From an uncultured Myxococcales bacterium (GTDB taxonomy: Bacteria; Myxococcota; UBA4151), in NCBI GenBank assembly GCA_964013405.1, contig CAXGWI010000006.1:2893-66892 (forward strand): DNA of 64,000 nucleotides. The letters are read 5' to 3'. A model generated the notes under the pieces. It saw only the letters and a program-made list of their open reading frames with translations, was not told the DNA's origin and ran no database searches. Below, in pieces: positions 50,557 to 61,082 of the stretch; position 1 is the stretch's first letter, and each line of letters begins with the position of its first letter. Both the position numbers and the translations under genes were made by a program.

Positions 50557-52273
50557 GCAGGTCGATGATCGTGATGGCCAAACTGGTCAGGGCTTCACCC
50601 ACGATCAAGCCCGCAGCAAAGGGCACCACCTTACCACCGAAGAAAGCGCCGCCCCGGCTGCTCTCAAGGCGCCAACCCACCAAGCAACCGATGCCGTAGC
50701 CCAAGGTCACTTCGAAAGGCAGGTACATGGCTAAACCCATCAGCACCCCCAGCCCAGCGATGGGCAAGGCCCCGAGGCTCAAGCCAATGAGTCCACCGGC
50801 CGCATATTTGTCGAGGGGCGCATTGCCGCCGATGACCCCATCGATCATGGCCTGCAAGGCGCCGGCTTGGGGTGCGGAGAGACAATCACCGCTGCCCTTT
50901 TGCAGGCAGGCCGTAGACTCGGGACCAAAGCCGGGCGTGCCGTCGCCGGTGGCTGTCCACAACAAGTAGACGGTGCCCACAGCAACCACCGGCCCGATCC
51001 AGCCCGTAAAGATCTGCGCCAACTGTTGTCGCCGGGGGATACCACCGACCAAATGACCGGTTTTCAAGTCCTGCATCATGTCAGCGCATTGGCCAACCCC
51101 GACGCAAACCGCGACCCCCACGGTGACCGCGACCACCGCATTGCCCCCGGTGATCGCCAACATCAGCGTCACACCGATGAGGGCCATACCGGAAAGTGGT
51201 GAGATATCGGTCATGCCCGTCGCCTGGGCGACGATGAGTCCAGCGAGGGCCGTCCACAGCACGCCGACCACGGCCACCGGCAGGGCCATCACCGGACCCA
51301 CCGTCAGCGAGGAACTCAAGTAAAGCAGCAGCGTCGCGCCGGCCAAGCCGATGGCCAAGGCCCGTCCCGACAGTTCCTGAGCACCGCCGCCAGCGGCGGT
51401 TTTTGCTGCCGAGCCCAAGGTTTTGATGGCGGCACGAATCGCGGGAAAGGCAGCGATCACGCCGGCCAGAGCACCACCGATCAAGATGCCGATGCCTGCA
51501 GGCCGCAACAACTGACCGTAGAGTTGCCCCCAGACCTCGTCCCCATTGCTGCCAGTAAAGGGATCCGTCCAGCCAGAGGCGACCGCCATGGGCGCGAGAA
51601 TCCACCAGGCGAGCACCCCGCCGAAGGCGAAGGGTAAGCCCCCCCGACCCGACAGCATGCCGGCGCCGATATTCATCAGACTGAGACTGAGCAGGGTGCC
51701 CGTGTAGGCGGGAATGCCAAACCAGTCTCCCACGGCAAGAGCCTCAGGAACGGCATCGACCTTATCGACTAAGATCTTCACGCCAGCGCTCAACAATGCG
51801 CCAAAGGCAAGGAGCTTGAGCTTCTCCACACCGGCACCAGGCGACTTCAGAATGGAGGCCACCGCCATCCCTGAGGGAAAGCGTAGCCGGTCGAACTCCA
51901 GCATCTGCTTGCGCAGCGGGATGATGAACACCACACCGAGAAAGCTGCCGGCCATGGCGGAGAGCACCATGGCGCCCCAGGAGAAATCTTCGCCCATGAG
52001 CAGCAGGGCGGGCAGGGTAAAGACCACGCCCGAACTGGACACGTTGATGGCACTGGCGATCGTCTGGTTGACGTTGTTCTCGATGATCGTGCCCGTACCG
52101 AGGGCCTTGAGAACGGCAAATCCAAGGATGGCGGCAACGGTCGAACCGCCCAGGCCAAAGCCCAATTTAAGGCCCACATAAACGAAGGCCGCGGTCATCA
52201 AGACACCGAGCAATGCCCCCAGGATCATGGCCTGGAGGGTGAGTTCAGGATAGGGGCGTTCGCTGCTGCTCAA
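50540..52273 (-). CDS. OPT-family oligopeptide transporter
   Basis: 577 aa, about 16 TM helices. N-terminal ELTLQAMILGALLGVLMTAAFVYVGLKLG typical of bacterial OPT proteins. Confidence 0.7.
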   Translation of the reverse strand: MSSSERPYPELTLQAMILGALLGVLMTAAFVYVGLKLGFGLGGSTVAAILGFAVLKALGTGTIIENNVNQTIASAINVSSSGVVFTLPALLLMGEDFSWGAMVLSAMAGSFLGVVFIIPLRKQMLEFDRLRFPSGMAVASILKSPGAGVEKLKLLAFGALLSAGVKILVDKVDAVPEALAVGDWFGIPAYTGTLLSLSLMNIGAGMLSGRGGLPFAFGGVLAWWILAPMAVASGWTDPFTGSNGDEVWGQLYGQLLRPAGIGILIGGALAGVIAAFPAIRAAIKTLGSAAKTAAGGGAQELSGRALAIGLAGATLLLYLSSSLTVGPVMALPVAVVGVLWTALAGLIVAQATGMTDISPLSGMALIGVTLMLAITGGNAVVAVTVGVAVCVGVGQCADMMQDLKTGHLVGGIPRRQQLAQIFTGWIGPVVAVGTVYLLWTATGDGTPGFGPESTACLQKGSGDCLSAPQAGALQAMIDGVIGGNAPLDKYAAGGLIGLSLGALPIAGLGVLMGLAMYLPFEVTLGYGIGCLVGWRLESSRGGAFFGGKVVPFAAGLIVGEALTSLAITIIDLLGKGA

Positions 52274-52373
52274 GAGGCCTCCTTAAGGGATGCTGGCTGC
52301 CTTCACCATGATCCCAGGGGCTCTGCAAGCACCTTGAAGTTTCTTGAGTTTTTCCAGCGGCGCTCGAGGGCGG

Positions 52374-53303
52374 TTAGCGCTTTGTCGCCGGGCGAGCGGG
52401 CCGGCCGGACGGGCCCCGTGGTGGCGTCCTTCCAGGCATTTGCTGCTGGGCCATCGCCGTGATCGCTTGCAGTTGGCTTTCACTTAACGAGAGGCTTAAA
52501 CCAAGGACCTTCCCCTGGGGTCTCAGGGTCAAGCTGCGGAGGGCCGCTGCGATCGGTGGCGGCGCCTGAGTGGTCATGTTGCTGACCCCCATGCTCACCA
52601 TCATGGACAAGCCCTGCGCCGCGGCCGGCTGGCTGCAGCGCACCTGGGCTTTTAACTCCAAGTCCCGTTTTGGCGTGATCGTCACTCGAGCCAAGACACC
52701 CTCGATGTCCGCGGCAGGATGCTGGGCATTCTCCTTACGCATTTGCTGACGCAGGCTTTTGGGCAACACCATCCGCATCGCAAGATGGGCGCCGCGCAAG
52801 AACGAGGGCAGAGGCTTGCTCTTCAAGCCCCGCTTGAGTTGGGCCCGCATGCCGAGCTCATGGCCTGCGAGAAAATGCCGGTTGTCGACGATGACCATGC
52901 CCTGACCCTTGGGGTCCAACCACATCGTGTGCCGACCTACTTTTTTGGCTTTCAGACCCCCCTTCTGGCTGGCCAACATTTTGTTCGCTGCAGCCTTCTG
53001 GAAGCGGCCCTTGACCAGGATGACCACCTGGCGGGGATCCGGTTGGCTGGATTCGATGCGTGCCCGTAACTCCACCGTTTCCAGCGAGGTAAAAAGATCG
53101 ATACCCGCGGTCTTCAGCTGCTGCCGAGCCTCGGGATTCATGGCCGACTCCATCGCCTGGCGGAGCTGGTCACCGACTTGGGGCACTTCCAAGAGGCTCT
53201 TAAAGTCGAAAACCACCTGGAGGTTTTGACTAGAAGCTGGTGCTGCGGCCTTTGCGCCGCTCGCGGTGAGTAAGAGAAGAAGAATTGGGATCAGCTTTCG
53301 CAT
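52374..53303 (-). CDS. Hypothetical secreted protein
   Basis: Start MRKLIPILLLLLTASGAKA (signal peptide) chosen over upstream ATG. Confidence 0.3.
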   Translation of the reverse strand: MRKLIPILLLLLTASGAKAAAPASSQNLQVVFDFKSLLEVPQVGDQLRQAMESAMNPEARQQLKTAGIDLFTSLETVELRARIESSQPDPRQVVILVKGRFQKAAANKMLASQKGGLKAKKVGRHTMWLDPKGQGMVIVDNRHFLAGHELGMRAQLKRGLKSKPLPSFLRGAHLAMRMVLPKSLRQQMRKENAQHPAADIEGVLARVTITPKRDLELKAQVRCSQPAAAQGLSMMVSMGVSNMTTQAPPPIAAALRSLTLRPQGKVLGLSLSLSESQLQAITAMAQQQMPGRTPPRGPSGRPARPATKR

Positions 53304-53305
53304 CG

Positions 53306-55020
53306 TCACTCCATGGCCCTTGTCCAGGCCTGCATCAAGGATTGGAGGCGGACTCGAGCTTGGGCTCGGTCCCCTTCTCCACGCCATTCAAAATAAGTCT
53401 TCACCTTCGGTTCCGTCCCTGAAGGACGAACGAGGACACGTAACGCTTCATTTCCCAAGTGGTACCGAAGGCAGATCAGATTTGCACTGGACCCAGCTAA
53501 GGCGGTCACGTGCTCGCCACGCCAGCGTTGTCCGGCCAAGTGGTCATCACGCTGAACCAAGGGCAAGTCATCCAACTGCGGCGGCGGATGCTGGCGGACA
53601 TACTCCACCTGCGCGGCCATGGCCTGGGCAGCATCAAGCCCTGTAAAACGGTCGACCAATTGATCCGAGCGGTGCCGACCATGCCGCTGTTGTAGTTGCT
53701 CAAGGTGCTCAAGCAAGGTGCCACCCTGCAGACGCAACTCCTCAGCCATGCAACAAATAGCCAGGGCCGCACTGACCCCATCCTTGTCGGCCACCAAATC
53801 ACCAACGCAGTAGCCCAATGCCTCTTCGAAGCCGAAGACAAAGGATGCCTCAGGTCGCTCTCGGGCCGCAGCGGCGATCCACTTGAACCCCGTCAGTACC
53901 TGAACAAACTCCGCATCATAGGCCTCCGCCTGGCGCCCGAGCATTTCGCTCGACACAATGGATGCGACCACCAAAGGCCGGCTGCCCTCGTGATGCCGGA
54001 GACAAAAGTCCCCCAACAGGCTGCCCAGTTCATTTCCGCTCAAGGCCCGCCACCCGCCCGAGGGGTCGGGGAGCACAAGAGCGAGACGGTCTGCATCGGG
54101 GTCGTTGGCAATCAAGAGATCGGCCTGGACCCGATCGGCTTGCGCCAGGGCCAAATCCAGGGCCCCTTCTTCCTCGGGGTTGGGAAAAGCGACCGTCGGA
54201 AAGGCACCATCGGGCCGTCCTTGGGCGGCCACGGGATAGACGGCGCCAAAACCCGCTGTGGCTAAAAGGCTGCACACACTGCCCTGACCCACGCCGTGGA
54301 GCGCCGTATAAACGATGCGCAAAGGCGACGCTTGCCCTGGCCACCAGGGCGAAGCATCGATCACCGCCCGGTGATACTGATCCACATCGGCCTGGCAAAG
54401 GATCTCTAGGGGGCCGATGTCTTCACCCACGGCCTCCGGCAGCGCGCAAGGGATCTCAGCCGCCGGTTTCTCAGCGATGCGATCGATGGCCGACGCGATG
54501 GCCCCGTCGACCGGAGGGATGATCTGCGCCCCATGGGCCCAGTAGACTTTATAGCCGTTATCGCCCGGAGGGTTGTGACTTGCGGTGACCTGAATCGCTG
54601 CAGCGGCACCACGGGCTTTCAGGGCCCAAGCGGTGGCCGGTGTCGGAAGGCATCGGTCCCAGAGGAAGACCCGTATGCCCTGGGCTCGCAGCACGGCGGT
54701 CGCTTCGAGGGCGAAGGCCTCGCTGCGGTGGCGGGCGTCGAAACCAACCACAACGCCCCGCTGCCGAGCTTCGGGCTCTTGGAGCAAGATCTCTGCGAGA
54801 CCGGCCGTCGACTGGCGAATCACCGCGGTGTTCATCCCATGGGGGCCAGCTCGAATCGGACCTCTTAAACCGGCAGTGCCAAAGGTCAGCCGACCAGAAA
54901 ATCGAGCTTGGAGTTCGGCCTCAGCCCCCCGGTCGATGAGGGCCCGTATCTCGTCCTGATCCTGTGGGTCTGGGTCGCCACCCAGCCACTGCTGGACCTG
55001 CTGCATGAGGAGAGGATCCA
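53306..55020 (-). CDS. Alpha-D-phosphohexomutase (phosphoglucomutase/phosphomannomutase family)
   Basis: Active-site TASHNPPGDNGYKVY. Metal-binding D.DADR. Confidence 0.75.
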
Positions 55021-55100
55021 TGGCCGCAAGGGGATGGCAGCAACGGGGACTTGTGTAAAGGGCCCGAAACCCGCAGCATCCGCCAGCCAGGAGGCTCTCA

Positions 55101-55814
55101 TTGAAACGACTTTCCCTCAGCATCATTCTTGTCGTCACTGCCTGCGCCGGCGCCCCCAAAGCCGAAGAGAAAGCCCCCCAACCGAAGGCCGGTCAGGTTC
55201 TGCTCGATGGCGTGCTGATCGAGGCCAAATGGAGCGATGGCGACACCTTTAGCTGGAAGGATCCGGCCAACGGGGAAAAACGCAAAGCTCGGCTGGTGGG
55301 CTTCAATACACTGGAGGATTACGGCCCGGTGCACCGCTGGGGTGAGTGGAGCTCGAAGGAACTTTACGATTTGGCCTTAGAAGCCGGCAAGGTTGCGGCC
55401 GCCCGGGGCTGGGTCTGCGAAGATACGGGCTCCAGTGGGGGTTATGGTCGCAAAGCGGTTCTTTGTGAGTCCTTGCGGGAATTCATGATCACCGAGGGCT
55501 ATGCCCATGTCTTGTCCATGGAAGGCCCTGGCCCAACCTACCTCCTGAAAATGCAAATCGCTGCCCAGGAGGCCGGCAAAGGGATCTGGAAGAAGGGCGT
55601 ACCAGAAGGCCTGGTCACCAGCGTCCATAGCAGTGATGAAAAGCCGAGCGGCAAAGGCTACAACCGTGTTGTCAGCACTCGCACGGGGGCCTCTCACATC
55701 GAGAACCATGAGAACCGCTATGAGCACTGTCAGGAGGTCTGTCACCAGGGCAGCTGCATGGTCTATATCCCCTACAAGCTGCGCTATGGCCCGAAGAAGC
55801 TGATCTGCCCTTGA
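55101..55814 (+). CDS. SNase-like (thermonuclease fold) lipoprotein
   Basis: Lipobox VVTACAG. GQVLLDGVLIEAKWSDGDTF...ARLVGFNTLE resembles the SNase core. Confidence 0.45.
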   Translation: MKRLSLSIILVVTACAGAPKAEEKAPQPKAGQVLLDGVLIEAKWSDGDTFSWKDPANGEKRKARLVGFNTLEDYGPVHRWGEWSSKELYDLALEAGKVAAARGWVCEDTGSSGGYGRKAVLCESLREFMITEGYAHVLSMEGPGPTYLLKMQIAAQEAGKGIWKKGVPEGLVTSVHSSDEKPSGKGYNRVVSTRTGASHIENHENRYEHCQEVCHQGSCMVYIPYKLRYGPKKLICP

Positions 55815-56893
55815 TCTACGCCCTCTTCCGGCCGCTCATCTTCCTCCTCCCGGCCGAGCTTGCCCATCACCTCGGCTTGGCTTTGTTGCGCATCGGCCTC
55901 TGCATCAAGCCCTGTCGACGCTTGCTGCGGTGGTGGCTTCTCCCCAAGTCCAAGCGCTTAAAAACACCCCTCTTCGGTACGACTTGGGACCACCCCATCG
56001 GTCTCGCCGCCGGTTTGGATAAAGCAGGGGACTGCTGCGGCCCCTTGGCTGCCCTCGGCTTCGGTGCCATCGAGGTGGGAACCGTCACTGCGAAGGCCCA
56101 ACCGGGCAACCCGAAACCTCGCCTCTTCCGCCTGCCGAAAGATCGGGCCATCGTGAACCGCTTCGGCTTTAACAACCCCGGTTGCGAGGGCATGGCAGCG
56201 AACCTGAGGGGTCTGGACCTGCCCTGTCCGCTGGGCATCAACCTGGGCAAATCTAAGGTCACCCCCAACGATGAGGCCATAGAGGACTACCTCACCAGCC
56301 TGCGCTGCCTGGGGGCTCAGGCCGATTACGTGGTGGTCAACGTCAGCAGCCCCAACACACCGGGCCTGCGGGACCTACAAGCCGTGGACCAACTACGCCC
56401 CCTGTTGAGCGCATTGCAGCCGGTCTGTGGCGACAAGCTTCCGCTGCTCCTCAAGATCGCCCCGGATCTGGCCGACGAAGACCTGTTGGCCGTGGCCGAC
56501 CTCGCCCTGGAGCTGCAATTAGACGGACTCATCGCCAACAACACGACGATCGGTCGTGAGGGGCTCAAAACCCCGGCCCAGGCGGTCGCTGAAATGGGTG
56601 CCGGCGGCCTGAGCGGCAAGCCCTTATGTGAGCGCAGCCGCGAGGTACTCCAGATCTTAGCCCGTCGACTGCAAGGCAAAGTCCCTATCATCGCCGTGGG
56701 CGGAATCGAAAGCGCTGAAGAAGCCTATCGTCGCATTCGCCTGGGCGCGTCAGCGGTGCAGATCTACACTGGCTTCATCTACGGCGGGCCTTTGACCGCG
56801 GCCCGGATGGCGAAGCAGCTGGACCGATTGCTCGCCCGAGATGGCTTTGACTCTGTGGCGGCGGCGGTCGGTGTCGATATGGAGGACCCATGA
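55811..56893 (+). CDS. pyrD: Dihydroorotate dehydrogenase (quinone), class 2
   Basis: MIYALFRPLIFLLPAELAHHL N-terminal membrane-association helix. FGFNNPG and KIAPDL motifs. Confidence 0.85.
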   Translation: MIYALFRPLIFLLPAELAHHLGLALLRIGLCIKPCRRLLRWWLLPKSKRLKTPLFGTTWDHPIGLAAGLDKAGDCCGPLAALGFGAIEVGTVTAKAQPGNPKPRLFRLPKDRAIVNRFGFNNPGCEGMAANLRGLDLPCPLGINLGKSKVTPNDEAIEDYLTSLRCLGAQADYVVVNVSSPNTPGLRDLQAVDQLRPLLSALQPVCGDKLPLLLKIAPDLADEDLLAVADLALELQLDGLIANNTTIGREGLKTPAQAVAEMGAGGLSGKPLCERSREVLQILARRLQGKVPIIAVGGIESAEEAYRRIRLGASAVQIYTGFIYGGPLTAARMAKQLDRLLARDGFDSVAAAVGVDMEDP

Positions 56894-57486
56894 CCGAAAT
56901 CCTCCAACTGGGCGACCCGCGCCTGCGGCAGCACAGCGAGGTGGTGCCTGCATCGGATTTTGGCAGCGCCGAACTCCAAGCGCAGGTCGAGCATTTAATC
57001 GACACCATGCGCCAGGCGAACGGCGCAGGACTGGCAGCCCCACAGATCGGTCTCATGCGCCGGATTTGTGTTGTGGAGGTCACAAAAAACCCCCGCTACC
57101 CCTACAAACAACCCATTCCGCTCACGGTCTTTATCAATCCTAAGATCACCGTCCTCGATGAGACGCCAATCGAAGTCTTTGAGGGCTGTCTCAGCGTGGC
57201 GGGCTGGCGCGGCCGGGTCCAGCGGGCCTGTCGAGTCCAAGTCATCGCCCAAGATGTGGAAGGCACTCCCTTTCAAGTAGAGGCTGAAGGCCTGGCCGCA
57301 GGCACCCTCCAGCACGAGCTGGATCATCTCGATGGGCAGTTGTTTGTGGATTTGTTGGTGAACGCCAAAAGCCTGACAACCTGGGCCAATTACGAGCGCT
57401 ATCACCGGTCAGACTGGGAACGGGAGGCCGAAAAGATCAACGAGCGCTTTCCCAACGGGCTCGAGCGACTTCCCATAAACGACTGA
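56890..57486 (+). CDS. def: Peptide deformylase
   Basis: GLAAPQIG, EGCLSV, HELDHLDG metal-binding motifs. Confidence 0.85.
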   Translation: MTEILQLGDPRLRQHSEVVPASDFGSAELQAQVEHLIDTMRQANGAGLAAPQIGLMRRICVVEVTKNPRYPYKQPIPLTVFINPKITVLDETPIEVFEGCLSVAGWRGRVQRACRVQVIAQDVEGTPFQVEAEGLAAGTLQHELDHLDGQLFVDLLVNAKSLTTWANYERYHRSDWEREAEKINERFPNGLERLPIND

Positions 57487-57513
57487 CTGAAGACCATTTT
57501 CCCATTCAAATGG

Positions 57514-57532
57514 CCCCCTCATCCCGAGGGGG
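57514..57532 (+). terminator. Stem-loop/terminator after def
   Basis: CCCCCTC-atccc-GAGGGGG followed by TTGGGCTGGGCATCTGATTT. Confidence 0.45.
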
Positions 57533-57587
57533 TTGGGCTGGGCATCTGATTTGCATCCCAAAGGGATGTGACCAAGGAAAGCTCACC

Positions 57588-58223
57588 ATGAAGTTCTTTA
57601 TCGACAGTGCAGATCCCACGGAAATCGCCGAGGCCGAGGCCATGGGCCTCCTCGACGGTGTCACCACCAACCCGAGCCTCCTCAAGAAAGCAGGGCTAGG
57701 GCGAGAAGAGGCCTTGCAGCAAATCTGCGCCCTGCTGACCGGACCGGTCAGTGGCGAAGCGGTTGGCCCCGATGTGGACACCTTTATTGCAGAGGGGCTT
57801 GCCCTACGGGCCATCGCCGACAACATGGTGGTGAAGCTGCCCTGCAACGAGGCCGGCCTCAAAGCCTGCCGCCATCTTTCCGCCCAGGGCATTCCCGTGA
57901 ACATGACGCTGGTCTTTCAGCCGGTTCAAGCGCTGCTCTGTGCCCGGGCCGGCGCCACTTTTGTCAGCCCCTTTTTAGGCCGTCTCGACGACATCTGCTC
58001 CTCGGGCATGGAGTTGATCAACGAGATCCGGGTGATCTTCGACAACTACGCGCTCTCCACCCAAATCCTCGCCGCCTCGATCCGCAGCCCGGAGCACGTC
58101 AAGCAGGCTGCGCTCTCGGGCGCTGATGTCTGCACCGTTCCTTTGCCGGTCATCAAAAAGCTCCTTCACCACCCGCTGACGGATCGAGGGATCAAAGCCT
58201 TTGAGGCGGATGCAGGACTGTAG
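57588..58223 (+). CDS. tal: Transaldolase, short Fsa/TalC type
   Basis: MKFFIDSADPTEIAEAEAMGLLDGVTTNPSL. About 210 aa. Confidence 0.8.
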   Translation: MKFFIDSADPTEIAEAEAMGLLDGVTTNPSLLKKAGLGREEALQQICALLTGPVSGEAVGPDVDTFIAEGLALRAIADNMVVKLPCNEAGLKACRHLSAQGIPVNMTLVFQPVQALLCARAGATFVSPFLGRLDDICSSGMELINEIRVIFDNYALSTQILAASIRSPEHVKQAALSGADVCTVPLPVIKKLLHHPLTDRGIKAFEADAGL

Positions 58224-60697
58224 TGACTTCGCCGGCGCCCAGCCGAATGGAACGGATACTCAGCATCGGCGGGTGGCTGACTCGCTTTAGTTTGATGCTT
58301 GGGGCCGCAGCCCTCATTCCTGCGGGCTGGTTCGCACTCTCTTTGTATCAAGAACATCGGGAAGGGTTGCCCCCCGTCCCCGATCTAGACAACTACCGGC
58401 CGCCATCGATCACCCGGGTCCTGGCGGCCGATGGCACCACCTTGGCCGAGTTTGCCGAGGAGCGACGGATCGTCGTTCCCTATCAGCGCATGCCCCAGCG
58501 GCTGGTGCAGGCCTTCGTGGCTGCGGAAGACAAGAACTTCTTCGACCACGACGGTGTCGACCTCAAAGGCATCGTGCGCGCAGCCCTCGTGAACCTCAAA
58601 GCGGGGCGCACCGTACAGGGGGCATCCACCATCACCCAGCAATTGGCCAAGCAGCTCTTGGTTCGGCACCAGGGTTACAGCAAAGGCCGAATGCGCAGTT
58701 TGGCGCGCAAAATCCGTGAGGCGATCCTCGCCCGGCGAATCGAATACGCCCTCGATAAAGAGGAGATCCTCTACCTCTATCTCAACGAAATCTATCTGGG
58801 TCATGGTGCTTACGGTGTCCAGGCCGCCTCCCAGGCCTATTTTTCGAAGAATGTAGAGAGTCTCAGCCTGGGTGAGATGACGTTGCTCGCGGGCCTACCG
58901 CCGGCCCCCAGCCGGTTCTCGCCCCTAAAAAATCCAAAGTCGGCGCGAACCAAACAAGGCTATGTTTTGAAGCGCATGATCGAAGAGGGCTATATCAGCC
59001 TGGAGGATGCGAAAGCGGCCCGACAGGAAGGGGCCGAAAAGAAGGTCAAAGTTCGCGAAAACCTGTTTCGAGACATCGCCCCTTATTTCACCGAGCAGGC
59101 TCGACAGGTCTTCGTCGACCAAATGGGTGAAGAGGAGTTGATGCGGGGAGGCTGGACCATTCAAACCACCCTGGACATCTCCCGGCAGATCAAAGCGAGG
59201 ACAGCGCTCCAAGAGGGCATTGAGGCTTTGGATCGGCGCATGGGTTATTGGGGGCCAGCAGCCCGCTTCCAGCCCGAACAAGTGGAGGCAGTGGCCAAGA
59301 CCTACGCAAAAAATGTCCTCAAGGGCGCACCGGCGAGCCGCGAGCGAGAGCATCTCGCCATCATCGCCCGTACCGAGCGAAAAAGAGCCCTCGCCCGAGT
59401 CGGCGACGAGCTCCTGCCCATCCACCTCAGCGACCATCGTTGGATGCGCACCGGCCGCCGCCGAGCCTATAGCCTCCACGACCGTCCCACCGATCTTCGT
59501 CGCCGCTTTGAAGTGGGCGATCTGCTTCGGGTACGTTTCGACACGGACCGCAAGGGCAGGGAAAAGCTTCGTGTGGTACAGGACCCACTGCCCGAAGGGG
59601 CCTTGGTCAGCCAGGATTTGCGCACCGACTACGTGGTGGCCTTGGCCGGCGGTTACGACTTTGACCGTAGTCAGTTTAACTGCGCCTTTCAGGCTTGCCG
59701 ACAGCCGGGGAGCGCTTTCAAGCCCATTATCTTTTCCGCAGGTCTGGCTCTGGGGGGGCGCATCCGCCGGGGGGCGCCCGTGGAGACGATCACCGTCACC
59801 ACCCAGCTGAGCGATGCCCCCATCGTCCGCCACGATTTCTCCACCGGGGTGCGCTGGAAGCCGGCCAACTACGACCGCAGCTATACCGACGAGGTCACCC
59901 TCCGGCGGGCTTTGATGATGAGCATGAATTTGCCCACCATCGACCTCTTTGAACGGGTGGGCTCAAAGAAGGTGGTGGAATGGGCCAACAGCATCGGCAT
60001 CGAGCAGGAACTGCATGTGGATGCGAGCATCGCGCTGGGCAGCCACTGCGTCATTCCTTGGGAGTTGCTGCAGGTCTACGCCTTGTTCGGCAAAGCCGGT
60101 CAACGACCAGCTAAGCGCTTCATCACCCGCATAGAATCCAGTGAAGGCGATGTCTTTGAAGATCGGGCCGATTACCGAGACGTCTGGGCGAGCCGCTTTG
60201 AACGCGTCGATCGCATGGCGCGCCAGGCCCTGGAGCCCCCAGAACAAGTCATCGCACCGGGCATCGCCTACATTATGACCTATCTGATGCGGCAAGTCGT
60301 GGACGCCGGCACAGCCACTCGAGCCCGCATCTCTGGGGTCCCCGTGGCGGGCAAGACCGGCACGACCAACGACAACAAGGACGCCTGGTTTGTGGGCTAC
60401 AGTCCCCACCTCGTCACCGGCGTCTGGATCGGTGAGCGCTTCAACCTGCGACCCTTGGGGCGCTCAGAGACCGGGGGCAGAACGGCTGCTCCCATCTGGA
60501 AGGCCTATATGACCGCAGCCCTCGACGGCACCGATCCGGGGGACTTTGGGGTGCCCGATGACATCGAATTTGCCGAGGTGGACGCCCGCTCGGGCCGCTT
60601 GGGCGGCAAAACCCGATTGCCCTATATGAAGGGGACGAAGCCCACCCGCCGAGTTCGGGTCGACAATCAATCAGCGGGGGTCAGCGACGAGCTCTAG
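58223..60697 (+). CDS. mrcA: Class A penicillin-binding protein (PBP1A-type transglycosylase/transpeptidase)
   Basis: GT51 motifs EDKNFFDHDGVD and RKIREA. Transpeptidase SxxK/SxN/KTGT (SAFKP, KTGTTN). Confidence 0.85.
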   Translation: MTSPAPSRMERILSIGGWLTRFSLMLGAAALIPAGWFALSLYQEHREGLPPVPDLDNYRPPSITRVLAADGTTLAEFAEERRIVVPYQRMPQRLVQAFVAAEDKNFFDHDGVDLKGIVRAALVNLKAGRTVQGASTITQQLAKQLLVRHQGYSKGRMRSLARKIREAILARRIEYALDKEEILYLYLNEIYLGHGAYGVQAASQAYFSKNVESLSLGEMTLLAGLPPAPSRFSPLKNPKSARTKQGYVLKRMIEEGYISLEDAKAARQEGAEKKVKVRENLFRDIAPYFTEQARQVFVDQMGEEELMRGGWTIQTTLDISRQIKARTALQEGIEALDRRMGYWGPAARFQPEQVEAVAKTYAKNVLKGAPASREREHLAIIARTERKRALARVGDELLPIHLSDHRWMRTGRRRAYSLHDRPTDLRRRFEVGDLLRVRFDTDRKGREKLRVVQDPLPEGALVSQDLRTDYVVALAGGYDFDRSQFNCAFQACRQPGSAFKPIIFSAGLALGGRIRRGAPVETITVTTQLSDAPIVRHDFSTGVRWKPANYDRSYTDEVTLRRALMMSMNLPTIDLFERVGSKKVVEWANSIGIEQELHVDASIALGSHCVIPWELLQVYALFGKAGQRPAKRFITRIESSEGDVFEDRADYRDVWASRFERVDRMARQALEPPEQVIAPGIAYIMTYLMRQVVDAGTATRARISGVPVAGKTGTTNDNKDAWFVGYSPHLVTGVWIGERFNLRPLGRSETGGRTAAPIWKAYMTAALDGTDPGDFGVPDDIEFAEVDARSGRLGGKTRLPYMKGTKPTRRVRVDNQSAGVSDEL

Positions 60698-61082
60698 GAC
60701 CGCTCCGCAGACGAGATATCAGACGATCAGCGCGACGAGTCATTCGGGATAAAAGGAGGGCTCGAAAACGAGAGATACGAATCGCTCGCCCGTTGCGCTC
60801 AATGGCGGCGAGCTTGCCGATGGCTTGGCTGCGATCGAACCAGCCGTCATCCTCGTTGCGGTGATCACCTTGTAGCCGTAGCTGCCCCTCTTGGTGCTCC
60901 ATCAGGCGATGCAGCAACAGATCGCCCGGGCTCCGCTCGATCAAGACCACATCCCCCCGCCGCAAGGGCCCATCGATGGGAACGATTCGAACCAAGTCAC
61001 CGGCTTTAATCCAAGGCCACATGCTGCGACCTTGGGCGAAGAATCGGATGGGTTTGCCTTCTTTTAGGAGCCGGGCAAGCAC
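60681..61082 (-). CDS. Soluble S26-family (signal-peptidase-I fold) peptidase, ER/archaeal Ser/His type. Start ambiguous (GTG 61082 or ATG 61187).
   Basis: Box B GRSMWPWIKAGDLV, box C RRGDVVLIE, box D LLLHRLM (His in place of Lys), box E GDHRNEDDGWF. No TM segment. Confidence 0.5.
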   Translation of the reverse strand: MLARLLKEGKPIRFFAQGRSMWPWIKAGDLVRIVPIDGPLRRGDVVLIERSPGDLLLHRLMEHQEGQLRLQGDHRNEDDGWFDRSQAIGKLAAIERNGRAIRISRFRALLLSRMTRRADRLISRLRSGPRARR